Notes: generated by a model from the sequence alone, not told the origin. Counted from the first letter of the stretch, positions 9,319 to 18,537 are shown. The stretch is 64,000 bases of DNA from an uncultured Coprobacillus sp. (GCA_964389905.1 CAYMGD010000001.1:47334-111333), one strand, 5' to 3'. A program made the numbers and translations.

Positions 9319-12300
9319 ATGAAAACAAGAAAACTATTGATATTTGTATTATTCATATTACTACTAGGAATAGGATGTAATAATACAAGAGAATGTGAGC
9401 ATACTATTGAAAATATTAAAGCACAAGAAGCAACTTGCATAAAGGAAGGTAATATTGAGTATTATTATTGTACTAAATGTAATAAGTATTACACTGATGA
9501 AAAATTAACTACTGAGGTAAAGCATGAAGACTTAGTGTTACAAAAAACAAGCCATACAGAATCAGATTGGATAATAGATACTGAAGCAACTTGTAGTAAT
9601 CAAGGGTTAAAACATAAAGAATGTACAGTATGTAAAGAAAAGTTACAAGAAGAAGTAATAGGAGAAACAGAACATAGTTACACTGAAACTATAATCAATC
9701 CAACATGTGAGAAAGAAGGTTATACTCTTCATAAATGTTTATGTGGCGATGAATATAAAGATACTTATGTTGAAGCCTTAGGACATACTGAAGAAATCAT
9801 TTCAGGAATTGATGCAACATGTACAGAAAGTGGCCTAACAGAAGGAAAGAAGTGTTCAGTTTGTGGAGAAATATTAGTAAAACAAGAAGTAATCAAAGCT
9901 AAAGGACATAATCATACAGAAACAGTTATAGCACCAACTTGTACAAAGCAAGGTTATACAATTCATACTTGCCACTGTGGAGATAGCTATAAAGATACTT
10001 ATGTAGATGCTTTAGGACATACTGAAGAAATCATTTCAGGATTAGATGCAACATGTACAGAAAGTGGGCTAACAGAAGGAAAGAAATGTTCAGTTTGTGG
10101 AGAAATATTAGTTAACCAAGAAGTAATAAAAGCAAAAGGTCATAATCATACAGAAACAGTTATAGCACCAACTTGTACAGAAGATGGCTATACAATTCAT
10201 AAATGCCACTGTGGAGATGAATATAAAGATACTTATGTAAATGCTTTAGGACATACAGAAGAAATCATTTCAGGATTAGAAGCAACATGTACAGAAAATG
10301 GTCTAACAGAAGGAAAGAAATGCTCAGCTTGTGGAGAAATATTAGTTAAACAAGAAGTAATAAAAATAAAAGAACATAACTATGGTGATTGGATAATAGT
10401 TAAGCCTGCAACTGAACAAGAAACAGGTTTAAAAACAAGAAAATGTCTTGACTGTGAGAAAGAAGAAACAGTAGAAATCCCAACGCTAGATCATATTCAT
10501 TCTTATGATGAAACAGTTATAGCACCAACATGTACAGAAGATGGCTATACAATTCATAAATGCCACTGTGGAGATGAGTATAAAGATACTTATGTAAATG
10601 CTTTAGGACATACAGAAGAAATTATTTCAGGATTAGAAGCAACATGTACAGAAAGTGGACTAACAGAAGGAAAGAAATGTTCAGTCTGTGGAGAAATACT
10701 AGTAAAACAAGAAGTAATCAAAGCTAAAGGACATAATCATAGTACAAGTAATATAGTGCTCTTAGATGAAGGCAATAAAGCAGTAACAAGATATTATTGC
10801 TCTAATTGTACTAGTTATAAAGATGAAATATATTCAGGATATTATTTACTAAATGATATTGCTTATGAATTTGATAATTCAGGTAATAGAATTAATTTAA
10901 ATGAATCATTTATAGAAGTAAATGGAAACACATATTATATAATTAATAATACTATTATAAAGAATTATTATATAATAGATGGAACAATCTATGACTTTGG
11001 TAGTGATGGAATAAAACAAGAAACTGTTCTAACAGATACAATTATTACATTTGAAGATAATTTATATTATGTTATTAATAACATAATCCAAAAAGAAGTA
11101 TTTATAGTTTATGAACAATGTATATATTTCTTTGATGAAACTGGTAAAGCATTAGTAAATACAACATATAATGGATATACATTTAATGCAAATGGATATT
11201 TAATAGGTAATGATATATTAATAGAAATTAACAAAGTATTATATTATGTTGTTAATAATATTGCATCAGTACATAATCATAGTTTAGAACACAAACTATA
11301 TAATCCTGCAACTTGTACAGCTGATGGTAATATAGAATATTTCTACTGCACAATATGTAATAGATTATATAAAGATAATGAATGTATTAATGAAATAACT
11401 AATGAAGATATTATTATAAAAGCATCACATAATATTACTAAATATGAAGGTAAAGAATCAACTTGTACTGAACAAGGATATAAAGCATATGAAAAATGTG
11501 CAAATTGTTCTTATACGACATTTACATATCTTCCATTAAAAGAACATACACTAACAGACTGGATAATAGATACTGAAGCAACATGTACACAAACAGGAAG
11601 TAAACATAAAGAATGTAGTGTTTGTGAGAATATTCTTGAAACAGAAACAATTGAAGTTTTTAATCATAACTATGAAAATGGAAAATGTACTATTTGTGGG
11701 AAAACACAAAACGCTTCTACAGAAAGTAAAATATGGCAAGATAATGGTTACGTTTATTTTGGAGAATATCCTCAAACACTAAAAGAAGAAAGTATAACAA
11801 TTGTTAGCGATACACCAAATAGTGATGGATATTATTTAGGTAGTGATGGTGAAAGATACGCAAAAGTTACTGCAAAACCATATAGTAGTTCATATTATTT
11901 TAATGGCAATGCATCAAAAATAGTAAAAGGAACAACATACTATTTCAAAGTAGAACCAATTAGATGGAAGATTGAAGAACAAAGTAATGACACATATAAA
12001 CTAATATGCGATTTAGTTATTGATTGTCAAATGTATTACTCATCTAAAAATGAAAGAACAATAGATGGACAAACAATATATGCTAATAATTATAAATATT
12101 CTGATATAAGAAGTTGGTTAAATAATGAATTCTTAAACAAAACATTTACTGAAGATCTTCAAGAATATATAAATGTAACAGAAGTTGATAATAGTGCTTT
12201 ATCAACTGGGTATTCAGAAAATGAATATGTTTGCGAAAACACAATGGATAAAATATATTTACCAAGTTACGAAGAAATGTGTAAATATGCATATGGTTAT

Positions 12301-13683
12301 AGTACTGATTCATTAGAAAAAGATTATGCAAGGCAAAAACAACTAACAGATTATGCCAAAGCAATGGGATGTAGTATGAATACAACTGATGACTATTACA
12401 ATAGTGGCAGCTATTGGCTTCGTTCATCAACAAACTATATAGGTACATATGTACGTGGAGTAAGCACAGATGGTTATGTATTTAATGATTATATTAATCA
12501 TAGTGGCGTTGGTGTTATTCCTTCAATGTCAATAACAAAAGATAATATTCCTTTTATGCATAATATAGTAAAGTGCGAAGGAAAAGAATCTACATGTACA
12601 GAATATGGATACGAACCATACGAAAAATGTATTGATTGTTCATATACAACATTTACATATCTTCCATTAAAAGAGCATACATTAACAGACTGGATAATCG
12701 ATTCACAAGCAACTTGTATGCAAACTGGAAGTAAACATAAAGAATGTACAGTATGTGAAAATGTTGTTGAGACGGAAACAATAGAAGCAATTGGTCATAA
12801 TTATATTAATAATATATGCACAAAATGCAATATTAAAAGGATTGAAGTTGGCGATAAAGAAATCTTAATAGGTACAGGTTATATCTATTTTGGCGAATAT
12901 CCTCAAACACTAAAAGAAGAAAGTGTAACAATTGTTAGTGATGCACCAGATAGTGATGGCTATTATCTAGGTAGTGATGGCGAAAGATATGCGAAAGTTA
13001 CTGCAAAACCATATCCTTATCCTTATAGTTCATATTACTTTAATGATAAAACAACAAAAATAGTAAAAGGAACAACATACTATTTCAAAGTTGAACCAAT
13101 TAGATGGAAAATTGAGGCACAAACCAATAGTACATATAAACTAATAAGTGATTTAATTATTGATTGTCAAAAATATCATTCATCAACATCAACAAGAACA
13201 ATAGATGGAAAAACAATATGTGCTAATAATTATGAATATTCTGATATAAGAAATTGGTTAAATAATGAATTCTTAAACAAAGCATTCCAAGAAGTTCTTC
13301 AAGAATATATAAATGTAACAGAAGTAGATAATAGTGCTTCATCAACTGAGTATTCAGAAAATAAATATGCTTGTGAAAATACAATGGATAAAATATATTT
13401 ACCAAGCCGTGCAGAAATGCTAAAAGCAGAATATGACTATAGAACAAGTTCTGGAGAAGATACAGCAAGACAAAAGCAACTAACAGATTATGCTAAAGCA
13501 ATGGGATGTTTTATGAATACAACTGATGATTACTACAATAACGGTTATTATTGGCTTCGCTCGCCTTTCAGCGACGACTCGGACGGCGCGTACTTCGTTC
13601 ACTACTATGGCAATGTGCGCAACTACTACGTCTACGACGTCAGCATTGGCGTCGCCCCCGCTTTAACAATCCAAATCGACTAA
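9319..13683 (+). CDS. DGR target protein. Cys-rich repeat surface lipoprotein B with two C-type-lectin-fold domains; the C-terminal one carries the variable repeat.
   Basis: 1454 aa. Lipoprotein signal LLLGIGCN. Internal 78-aa tandem repeats. Two copies of the YxYFGEYPQTLKE...YYWLRS module. The last 110 nt of the coding sequence match the TR apart from adenine positions. Confidence 0.8.
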   Translation: MKTRKLLIFVLFILLLGIGCNNTRECEHTIENIKAQEATCIKEGNIEYYYCTKCNKYYTDEKLTTEVKHEDLVLQKTSHTESDWIIDTEATCSNQGLKHKECTVCKEKLQEEVIGETEHSYTETIINPTCEKEGYTLHKCLCGDEYKDTYVEALGHTEEIISGIDATCTESGLTEGKKCSVCGEILVKQEVIKAKGHNHTETVIAPTCTKQGYTIHTCHCGDSYKDTYVDALGHTEEIISGLDATCTESGLTEGKKCSVCGEILVNQEVIKAKGHNHTETVIAPTCTEDGYTIHKCHCGDEYKDTYVNALGHTEEIISGLEATCTENGLTEGKKCSACGEILVKQEVIKIKEHNYGDWIIVKPATEQETGLKTRKCLDCEKEETVEIPTLDHIHSYDETVIAPTCTEDGYTIHKCHCGDEYKDTYVNALGHTEEIISGLEATCTESGLTEGKKCSVCGEILVKQEVIKAKGHNHSTSNIVLLDEGNKAVTRYYCSNCTSYKDEIYSGYYLLNDIAYEFDNSGNRINLNESFIEVNGNTYYIINNTIIKNYYIIDGTIYDFGSDGIKQETVLTDTIITFEDNLYYVINNIIQKEVFIVYEQCIYFFDETGKALVNTTYNGYTFNANGYLIGNDILIEINKVLYYVVNNIASVHNHSLEHKLYNPATCTADGNIEYFYCTICNRLYKDNECINEITNEDIIIKASHNITKYEGKESTCTEQGYKAYEKCANCSYTTFTYLPLKEHTLTDWIIDTEATCTQTGSKHKECSVCENILETETIEVFNHNYENGKCTICGKTQNASTESKIWQDNGYVYFGEYPQTLKEESITIVSDTPNSDGYYLGSDGERYAKVTAKPYSSSYYFNGNASKIVKGTTYYFKVEPIRWKIEEQSNDTYKLICDLVIDCQMYYSSKNERTIDGQTIYANNYKYSDIRSWLNNEFLNKTFTEDLQEYINVTEVDNSALSTGYSENEYVCENTMDKIYLPSYEEMCKYAYGYSTDSLEKDYARQKQLTDYAKAMGCSMNTTDDYYNSGSYWLRSSTNYIGTYVRGVSTDGYVFNDYINHSGVGVIPSMSITKDNIPFMHNIVKCEGKESTCTEYGYEPYEKCIDCSYTTFTYLPLKEHTLTDWIIDSQATCMQTGSKHKECTVCENVVETETIEAIGHNYINNICTKCNIKRIEVGDKEILIGTGYIYFGEYPQTLKEESVTIVSDAPDSDGYYLGSDGERYAKVTAKPYPYPYSSYYFNDKTTKIVKGTTYYFKVEPIRWKIEAQTNSTYKLISDLIIDCQKYHSSTSTRTIDGKTICANNYEYSDIRNWLNNEFLNKAFQEVLQEYINVTEVDNSASSTEYSENKYACENTMDKIYLPSRAEMLKAEYDYRTSSGEDTARQKQLTDYAKAMGCFMNTTDDYYNNGYYWLRSPFSDDSDGAYFVHYYGNVRNYYVYDVSIGVAPALTIQID
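9781..10740 (+). repeat. Near-identical 234-bp (78-aa) tandem coding repeats (3 contiguous units plus a 4th after a ~120-bp insert)
   Basis: Units begin GGACATAC(T/A)GAAGAAATCATTTCAGG at 9781, 10015, 10249 and 10605, about 90-95% identical at DNA level (GHTEEIISG-DATCTESGLTEGKKCSVCGEILVKQEVIKAKGHNHTETVIAPTCT-GYTIH-CHCGD-YKDTYV-ALG). Confidence 0.8.
13549..13660 (+). repeat. DGR variable repeat (VR), in frame at the 3' end of 9319..13683
   Basis: 112 nt align to the TR at 14201..14312. There are about 21 mismatches; all but one lie where the TR has A (TR AAC codons vs VR TTC/AGC/GAC/GGC/CAC/TAC/CGC). Confidence 0.85.
13641..13680 (+). promoter_or_regulatory. IMH-like element (GC-rich ATTGGCGTCGCCCCCG core plus VR-specific CTTTAACAATCCAAATC)
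   Basis: The 14-nt GC-rich core is shared with the TR 3' end. The flanking 3' sequence differs (TR: ATTTATCTTAC), as expected for IMH vs IMH*. Confidence 0.6.
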
Positions 13684-13701
13684 AAGGAGATAAATCAATG
13701 G

Positions 13702-13745
13702 GGTTGGCCTCTCTAATCTTAAGCTTTAGCTTAGAGAGGCCAACC
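13702..13745 (+). repeat. Perfect 15-bp inverted repeat (hairpin/cruciform) 18 nt downstream of the VR stop
   Basis: GGTTGGCCTCTCTAA - 14 nt loop - TTAGAGAGGCCAACC. No T-run follows, so it is not a typical terminator. Matches the position of the hairpin that assists DGR retrohoming. Confidence 0.7.
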
Positions 13746-13762
13746 AGAAAAATTTAGAAAAA

Positions 13763-14146
13763 ATGCCAAAAATAAGAAAAGAAACAGAATTAAGAGTTAT
13801 AACAAGTACTAAAAAATTAGTTGATTATGTATTAACAGTAACAGAAAAAAGTCCTAAAAAGTATAGATACACTTTTGTAGAGAGAATTCATACTATATTA
13901 TTTGATTTAGTTGAATGTCTTTATAGAGCTAATATTGAAAAATTAGGAAATCCTAAAAGACAAGAATATCAAAAAGATGCATTAGTATGCTTACAGTTAC
14001 TAGATTATTTTTGTGATATTGCAGTTGATGAGAAATGTTTAATATTTAGACAATATGAAAACATATCAGAAATGATTTGTACAACAACTAATTTATTAAA
14101 TAGTTGGATATTAAGTGATTTAAGAAGAATCAATGAAAAGAAATAA
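13763..14146 (+). CDS. avd: DGR accessory variability determinant (Avd-like four-helix-bundle protein)
   Basis: 127 aa, basic and predicted helical. Sits between the VR and TR as in canonical DGR cassettes. Confidence 0.65.
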   Translation: MPKIRKETELRVITSTKKLVDYVLTVTEKSPKKYRYTFVERIHTILFDLVECLYRANIEKLGNPKRQEYQKDALVCLQLLDYFCDIAVDEKCLIFRQYENISEMICTTTNLLNSWILSDLRRINEKK

Positions 14147-14200
14147 TAATAATAATAATAATTATTATTATGGGGATAAGGTTGTAAAACTAGTGGAGGG

Positions 14201-14312
14201 TATTGGCTTCGCTCGCCTAACAACAACAACTCGAACAACGCGTACAACGTGAACAACAATGGCAATGTGAACAACAACAACGTCAACAACGACAACATTG
14301 GCGTCGCCCCCG
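14201..14312 (+). repeat. DGR template repeat (TR), AAC-codon rich
   Basis: TATTGGCTTCGCTCGCCT then AAC AAC AAC AAC TCG AAC AAC GCG TAC AAC GTG AAC AAC AAT ... ATTGGCGTCGCCCCCG. Non-coding, between avd and the RT. Confidence 0.85.
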
Positions 14313-14513
14313 ATTTATCTTACTAGTAGATGAAATAATCTATGGATTTACAGAATAATATTTTAGGTAAAATATTACAGTTTTAAGATAAAGGAACTTT
14401 ATTCCCTGTTATTAAATAACTAAATATAACCACTTGTACTAGTGACTTCATTAATGAATTTACTAGTTGAGCATAATGAATGTCAAGTGGTTTTCTTTTT
14501 TAAAGGAAGACTT

Positions 14514-15521
14514 ATGAAAACATATGATGAAGTATTCACATTTAGAAATCTATACAAAGCTCATAAAAAGGCAAGACTTTCCAAAAGAAACAAAAAAGAA
14601 GTCATTGAATTTGAGTTAGATGTTGGTAATAATATTTGGAAGCTAAAAAAGGAACTTAATAATCGAACTTACAAAGTGAAAGATTATCATCACTTTATGA
14701 TATACGAACCAAAGAAACGAAAAATAGAAGCATTATCATATAGTGATAGAGTACTTCAACACTGTATTGTTGATGAGTATTTGATGGAAATATTAGAAAG
14801 ACATCTAATATATGATAATGGTGCTTGTAGGAAGGGAAAAGGAACAGATTTCTGCAGAAAAAGAGTTAAATCCTTTCTTACTTCCTTCTACAAACAACAT
14901 AACATAAATGGCTACGTTTTACAGTTTGATATTCATCATTACTTCGAATCAATTAAACATAATATCCTAAAAGAAAAGATTAAGAAAATTGTTAAAGAAA
15001 AAGAAATCTTAAGTTTATTGAATGCAATAATAGATTCATATTCAGATTATGAAAATTCTGGTTTACCAATAGGAAATCAAACAAGCCAATGTTTTGCATT
15101 ATATTATTTAGATGGAATAGATCGCCTCATCAAAGGAAAATATCAAATGAAGTATTATTCAAGATATATGGATGATGGCATTATCATATGTGAAAGTAAA
15201 GATAAAGTAAGAAGTTTATTAAATGATATTACTAAAGAATGTGAAATAATAGGACTAAAACTTAATGAAACTAAAACAAGAATATATAAGTTAAAAGAAG
15301 GATTTACGTATTTAGGTTTTAGATATATGATTTTATCTAATGGCAAAATACTAATGAAAATACCCAAAGCTAAAAAACAAAGAATAAAAAGATATTTAAA
15401 AACATTAGATGATACAAAAGATAGAATAGTTTTCTATAAAGATTATTTATTAAAAGGTAATAATTATATGTTTTATCAAACAATTAGAAATAATACAAAA
15501 AGGAAGAAATATGGAAACTAA
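14514..15521 (+). CDS. DGR reverse transcriptase
   Basis: RT motifs including YMDDGII (motif C) and the DGR-typical IGNQTSQ motif. RBS AAAGGAAG before the ATG at 14514; the six-frame ORF extends back to 14442. Confidence 0.8.
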   Translation: MKTYDEVFTFRNLYKAHKKARLSKRNKKEVIEFELDVGNNIWKLKKELNNRTYKVKDYHHFMIYEPKKRKIEALSYSDRVLQHCIVDEYLMEILERHLIYDNGACRKGKGTDFCRKRVKSFLTSFYKQHNINGYVLQFDIHHYFESIKHNILKEKIKKIVKEKEILSLLNAIIDSYSDYENSGLPIGNQTSQCFALYYLDGIDRLIKGKYQMKYYSRYMDDGIIICESKDKVRSLLNDITKECEIIGLKLNETKTRIYKLKEGFTYLGFRYMILSNGKILMKIPKAKKQRIKRYLKTLDDTKDRIVFYKDYLLKGNNYMFYQTIRNNTKRKKYGN

Positions 15522-16650
15522 TAAACTAAATAATTCATTATTTGATAGAATAAAAGAAGTTCTTGAAGATAGAAAAATAATTAATAATAACGATTATAAT
15601 AATGTTAAAGGATTTGTTAATAAAGAAGATAAAACTGCGGGTTATATTAAAGAATTATTTAAAAGTGTTGGGCTAGAAAGTAAAATCATTAGTAAAAATT
15701 ATATAAAAAATAGTTTATCTAATAAAATTACTCACACTTTATTCACGTTCTTTTTGGGACTATTAGTATGTAAATTCGATGATTTAGAAACTAAAATAGA
15801 AAAAGAATATGAAAAATATTTTAAGGAAAAAGACAATATATTTCTAAAAGTATGGACAATAACTTCCATCTTTCATGATTATGGATATGCATATATCACA
15901 AAAAATAAAGACAAATTGCAAGGAATAGAAGAATTGTCAAAAATAAAGGTTGATAATAATATATTTGAATATGAGTATGAAAATGAGGAAATACGTTATT
16001 CAAGAAACTTGTTAGAAGCATATTTTAGTGAATTTGCAAAGAAAAAGAAAAAAGCAACAGACGAAAAAGATAAAGAGGAGTATTTAGAACACGGAACTAT
16101 AGGTGGATATGTACTGTTTGATGAAATGATAAAGAATAAAATGAAGTTTAATGATGTTGATGATAATTATTTATATCAAAATATCTGTTATCGAATAATG
16201 GAACATAACATATGGAAAATAACAGATGATAATAAATTCTTTGATGAATTTGATAAAGAAAAAGTTCAAGAAGTTTATAAAAATAATTTTAAAATAATTT
16301 ATGATAATGAACCTTTATTATTTTTATTATCATTATGTGATACGATAGAACATGTAAAAAAACTACACACAAAAAATAAAAAAGGTAAAACCGCTAATAC
16401 ACGTGTAACAACTTTTGCAAAGAAAATAGGATTTGAAGTTACTAGTGATAGTATATCTATAAATTATATAGATGTGAAAAAGGAAGTAGAAACGGGAATA
16501 AAAAAAAGGAAAGCAGAACAAAAAGAAGATGATCCAGAACCGGAAAATGAATTCGAGAAATGGAAAAGTGGTATTATAGGATTAAATGGATGGGTTAACG
16601 TTGATATCGATGATAGTGATGAAAAATGGACAATATCGAAAAAATCATAA
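15511..16650 (+). CDS. HD-domain-like hypothetical protein, paralog B. Overlaps the RT stop by 11 nt.
   Basis: 379 aa, paralog of 2308..3408 with the same H/HD/H/H/D motif pattern. The ATGGAAACTAA start overlaps the RT TAA, which argues for translational coupling to the DGR RT. Confidence 0.45.
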   Translation: METNKLNNSLFDRIKEVLEDRKIINNNDYNNVKGFVNKEDKTAGYIKELFKSVGLESKIISKNYIKNSLSNKITHTLFTFFLGLLVCKFDDLETKIEKEYEKYFKEKDNIFLKVWTITSIFHDYGYAYITKNKDKLQGIEELSKIKVDNNIFEYEYENEEIRYSRNLLEAYFSEFAKKKKKATDEKDKEEYLEHGTIGGYVLFDEMIKNKMKFNDVDDNYLYQNICYRIMEHNIWKITDDNKFFDEFDKEKVQEVYKNNFKIIYDNEPLLFLLSLCDTIEHVKKLHTKNKKGKTANTRVTTFAKKIGFEVTSDSISINYIDVKKEVETGIKKRKAEQKEDDPEPENEFEKWKSGIIGLNGWVNVDIDDSDEKWTISKKS

Positions 16651-16735
16651 TCAGAATATCTATACTACAGTATTTATAACTAAAATATAAAATACAATAA
16701 ATAATTAATATGCAATGCATTATACGAGGAAAATT

Positions 16736-17809
16736 ATGAACACTAATGAAAATACTGAAAAAATAAAGTTTTTTAGAGGAGAGTCTAAAGAATATGAACA
16801 ACCGTGTACACCAACGCTTTTTAGATTCTTGAATGGATGTAATAATTTACTATTACTTGAGAAGGCTTATTATGAACTTTCTATGAATCATATAAATATG
16901 TTTAATTTTACATCAAAAAAAGATGAACTATTGAAGTATATATATAATGTATGCTTTATGCAACATTATGGCTTTGGTACTAGGCTACTTGATATCACTG
17001 AAACAAAAGATGTAGCATATTATTTCGCTAGTTGTTCAAATTTTGATCGAGATGGATATGTTTATTCATTTGAGGTAAGTGAGGATATGAAGTTTTTTAA
17101 GAGTGCTGAAGCAGAAACAGTAAGAAGAAAGTTCTTATGTATTAAAAATATAAGTACAGAAAATAAATGCATTATCAATCTCATTGAGAATGAGACAGAT
17201 AATGTCATTCGTTATAATACTATAACTAACAATGCAATATTAAAGTATGAAAGTTTATTTGATATTTTGCCAGAAAATATAAGATATCAAAGACAAAATG
17301 GAGCATTCATTGTCCCAGGCAACAGATTAGAAGGTGATAACATTAGTGATGAACATAATGTTATAATGGGGAAAAAAGAAAATCTAGTTAAAAGCATTGA
17401 TAAAATAGATGAGTTATATAAACTATGTTTCGAAAATGATAAACATATAAATCACGTATATTTATTTCCAGATGACGATAATAGTTTATACCTTTGTTCT
17501 AGATATAATCTATTTATAAATAGTTACTATAATCAAAAAAGTAATTTATTTAAAAATATTTACACTAAGTTTTACCTAGATAATGATGAAAGTAAATATC
17601 CTAAAGAGCATTTTGAAAACAATTCAGTTTTATTTGAAGAATTAACCAATGAATATGCATTTTATTTTTTCTTTATTGAAATGAAAGATTGTTTATTCTA
17701 TATATTAGAAGATGCAACTAAAATTAATAAGTTTTTCAAAGAAAATAAAGAAAAAACTATCAAAGAACTAATTGAACAAGCAAAAAAACTTATAAGAGGA
17801 AAATTATGA
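16736..17809 (+). CDS. FRG-domain protein
   Basis: N-terminal FFRGESKEYEQPCTPTLFR and QHYGFGTRLLDITETKDVAYYFA match the FRG-domain consensus (FRGq ... QHYGLPTRLLDWT ... AlyFA). RBS GAGGAAA before the ATG at 16736; an alternative ATG lies at 16715. Confidence 0.5.
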   Translation: MNTNENTEKIKFFRGESKEYEQPCTPTLFRFLNGCNNLLLLEKAYYELSMNHINMFNFTSKKDELLKYIYNVCFMQHYGFGTRLLDITETKDVAYYFASCSNFDRDGYVYSFEVSEDMKFFKSAEAETVRRKFLCIKNISTENKCIINLIENETDNVIRYNTITNNAILKYESLFDILPENIRYQRQNGAFIVPGNRLEGDNISDEHNVIMGKKENLVKSIDKIDELYKLCFENDKHINHVYLFPDDDNSLYLCSRYNLFINSYYNQKSNLFKNIYTKFYLDNDESKYPKEHFENNSVLFEELTNEYAFYFFFIEMKDCLFYILEDATKINKFFKENKEKTIKELIEQAKKLIRGKL

Positions 17810-18180
17810 ACTATAAAAAATTAATATTAATAAGTATTATTTGTATTATTACTAGGAATAGGTTGTAACAAAGATAATACATATAAACATGAAATTGAAT
17901 GCATTGCTAGCAAACAAGCAACTTGTACAAAAGAAGGTAACATTGAATATTTTCACTGTTTAAAGTGCGATAAATATTATAGTGATAAAGAATTTACTAA
18001 AGAAAAAAACTCTTAAAGAATTAGTTATTTAAAAGACAAATTATATTGAGTCTGATTGGATAATTGATAAAAACCCTTCATATTGAGACAAGGAAAGTAA
18101 ACATAAAGAATGCACTGAGTGTGGCATAGTAACTACAACAGAAATAATAGAAGCTAAAAATATTAAATATGCTTTTAAAG
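17810..18180 (+). pseudogene. Decayed third paralog of the Cys-rich lipoprotein family (frameshift in the signal peptide, premature stop, deletions)
   Basis: MNYKKLILISIICII then a frameshift. The +1 frame gives LLLGIGCNKDNTYKHEIECIASKQATCTKEGNIEYFHCLKCDKYYSDKEF then a stop. Further remnants SDWIIDKN...GSKHKECTECG lie downstream in other frames. Starts 1 nt after the FRG gene stop. Confidence 0.7.
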
Positions 18181-18486
18181 AAGCATCTATTCCTTCAAAA
18201 GGATTACTATTTTGATTTTCACCATAAACTTTATATAAAAACCTAATCTTAAAAGTTGCCTTATGTAAGGCATCTTTTACTTTGGAAAACAACTGTGAAA
18301 ACTTTTTAAAGGATTGTTTATGGACTAAAAAATATCATAATGACTTTTTACTTAATTTTGTTTAGGTGAATCCTTTTATACGTGTATAATTATTATACAA
18401 AATTTAGGTATAAAGATATATAAAAATTGTATATTAATATATATAAAATCGTCTTGATAATAGTAGGCATTTGTAGTATAATTTAT

Positions 18487-18512
18487 ATGTTGTATAATAC
18501 ATTATACAACAT
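18487..18512 (+). promoter_or_regulatory. Perfect 12-bp-arm palindrome containing TATAAT, in the promoter region of the large surface protein gene
   Basis: ATGTTGTATAAT-AC-ATTATACAACAT, 26 nt upstream of the RBS. Candidate operator overlapping the -10. Confidence 0.35.
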
Positions 18513-18537
18513 ATATAACATCATAAAAGGAGAAATT

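Noticed and set aside
13551-13757. 68-aa ORF MASLAFQRRLGRRVL... on the + strand
   Set aside because: It is the GC-rich VR/IMH read in an alternative frame, overlapping the 3' end of the DGR target gene and the downstream hairpin. Arginine richness comes from the CGN-rich VR, not from a real gene.
14005-14298. 97-aa minus-strand ORF with a YYYYYY run
   Set aside because: Antisense to the avd 3' end, the (TAA)n/(ATT)n low-complexity spacer and the TR. The poly-Tyr comes from the ATAATAATAATAATAATT run. No RBS.
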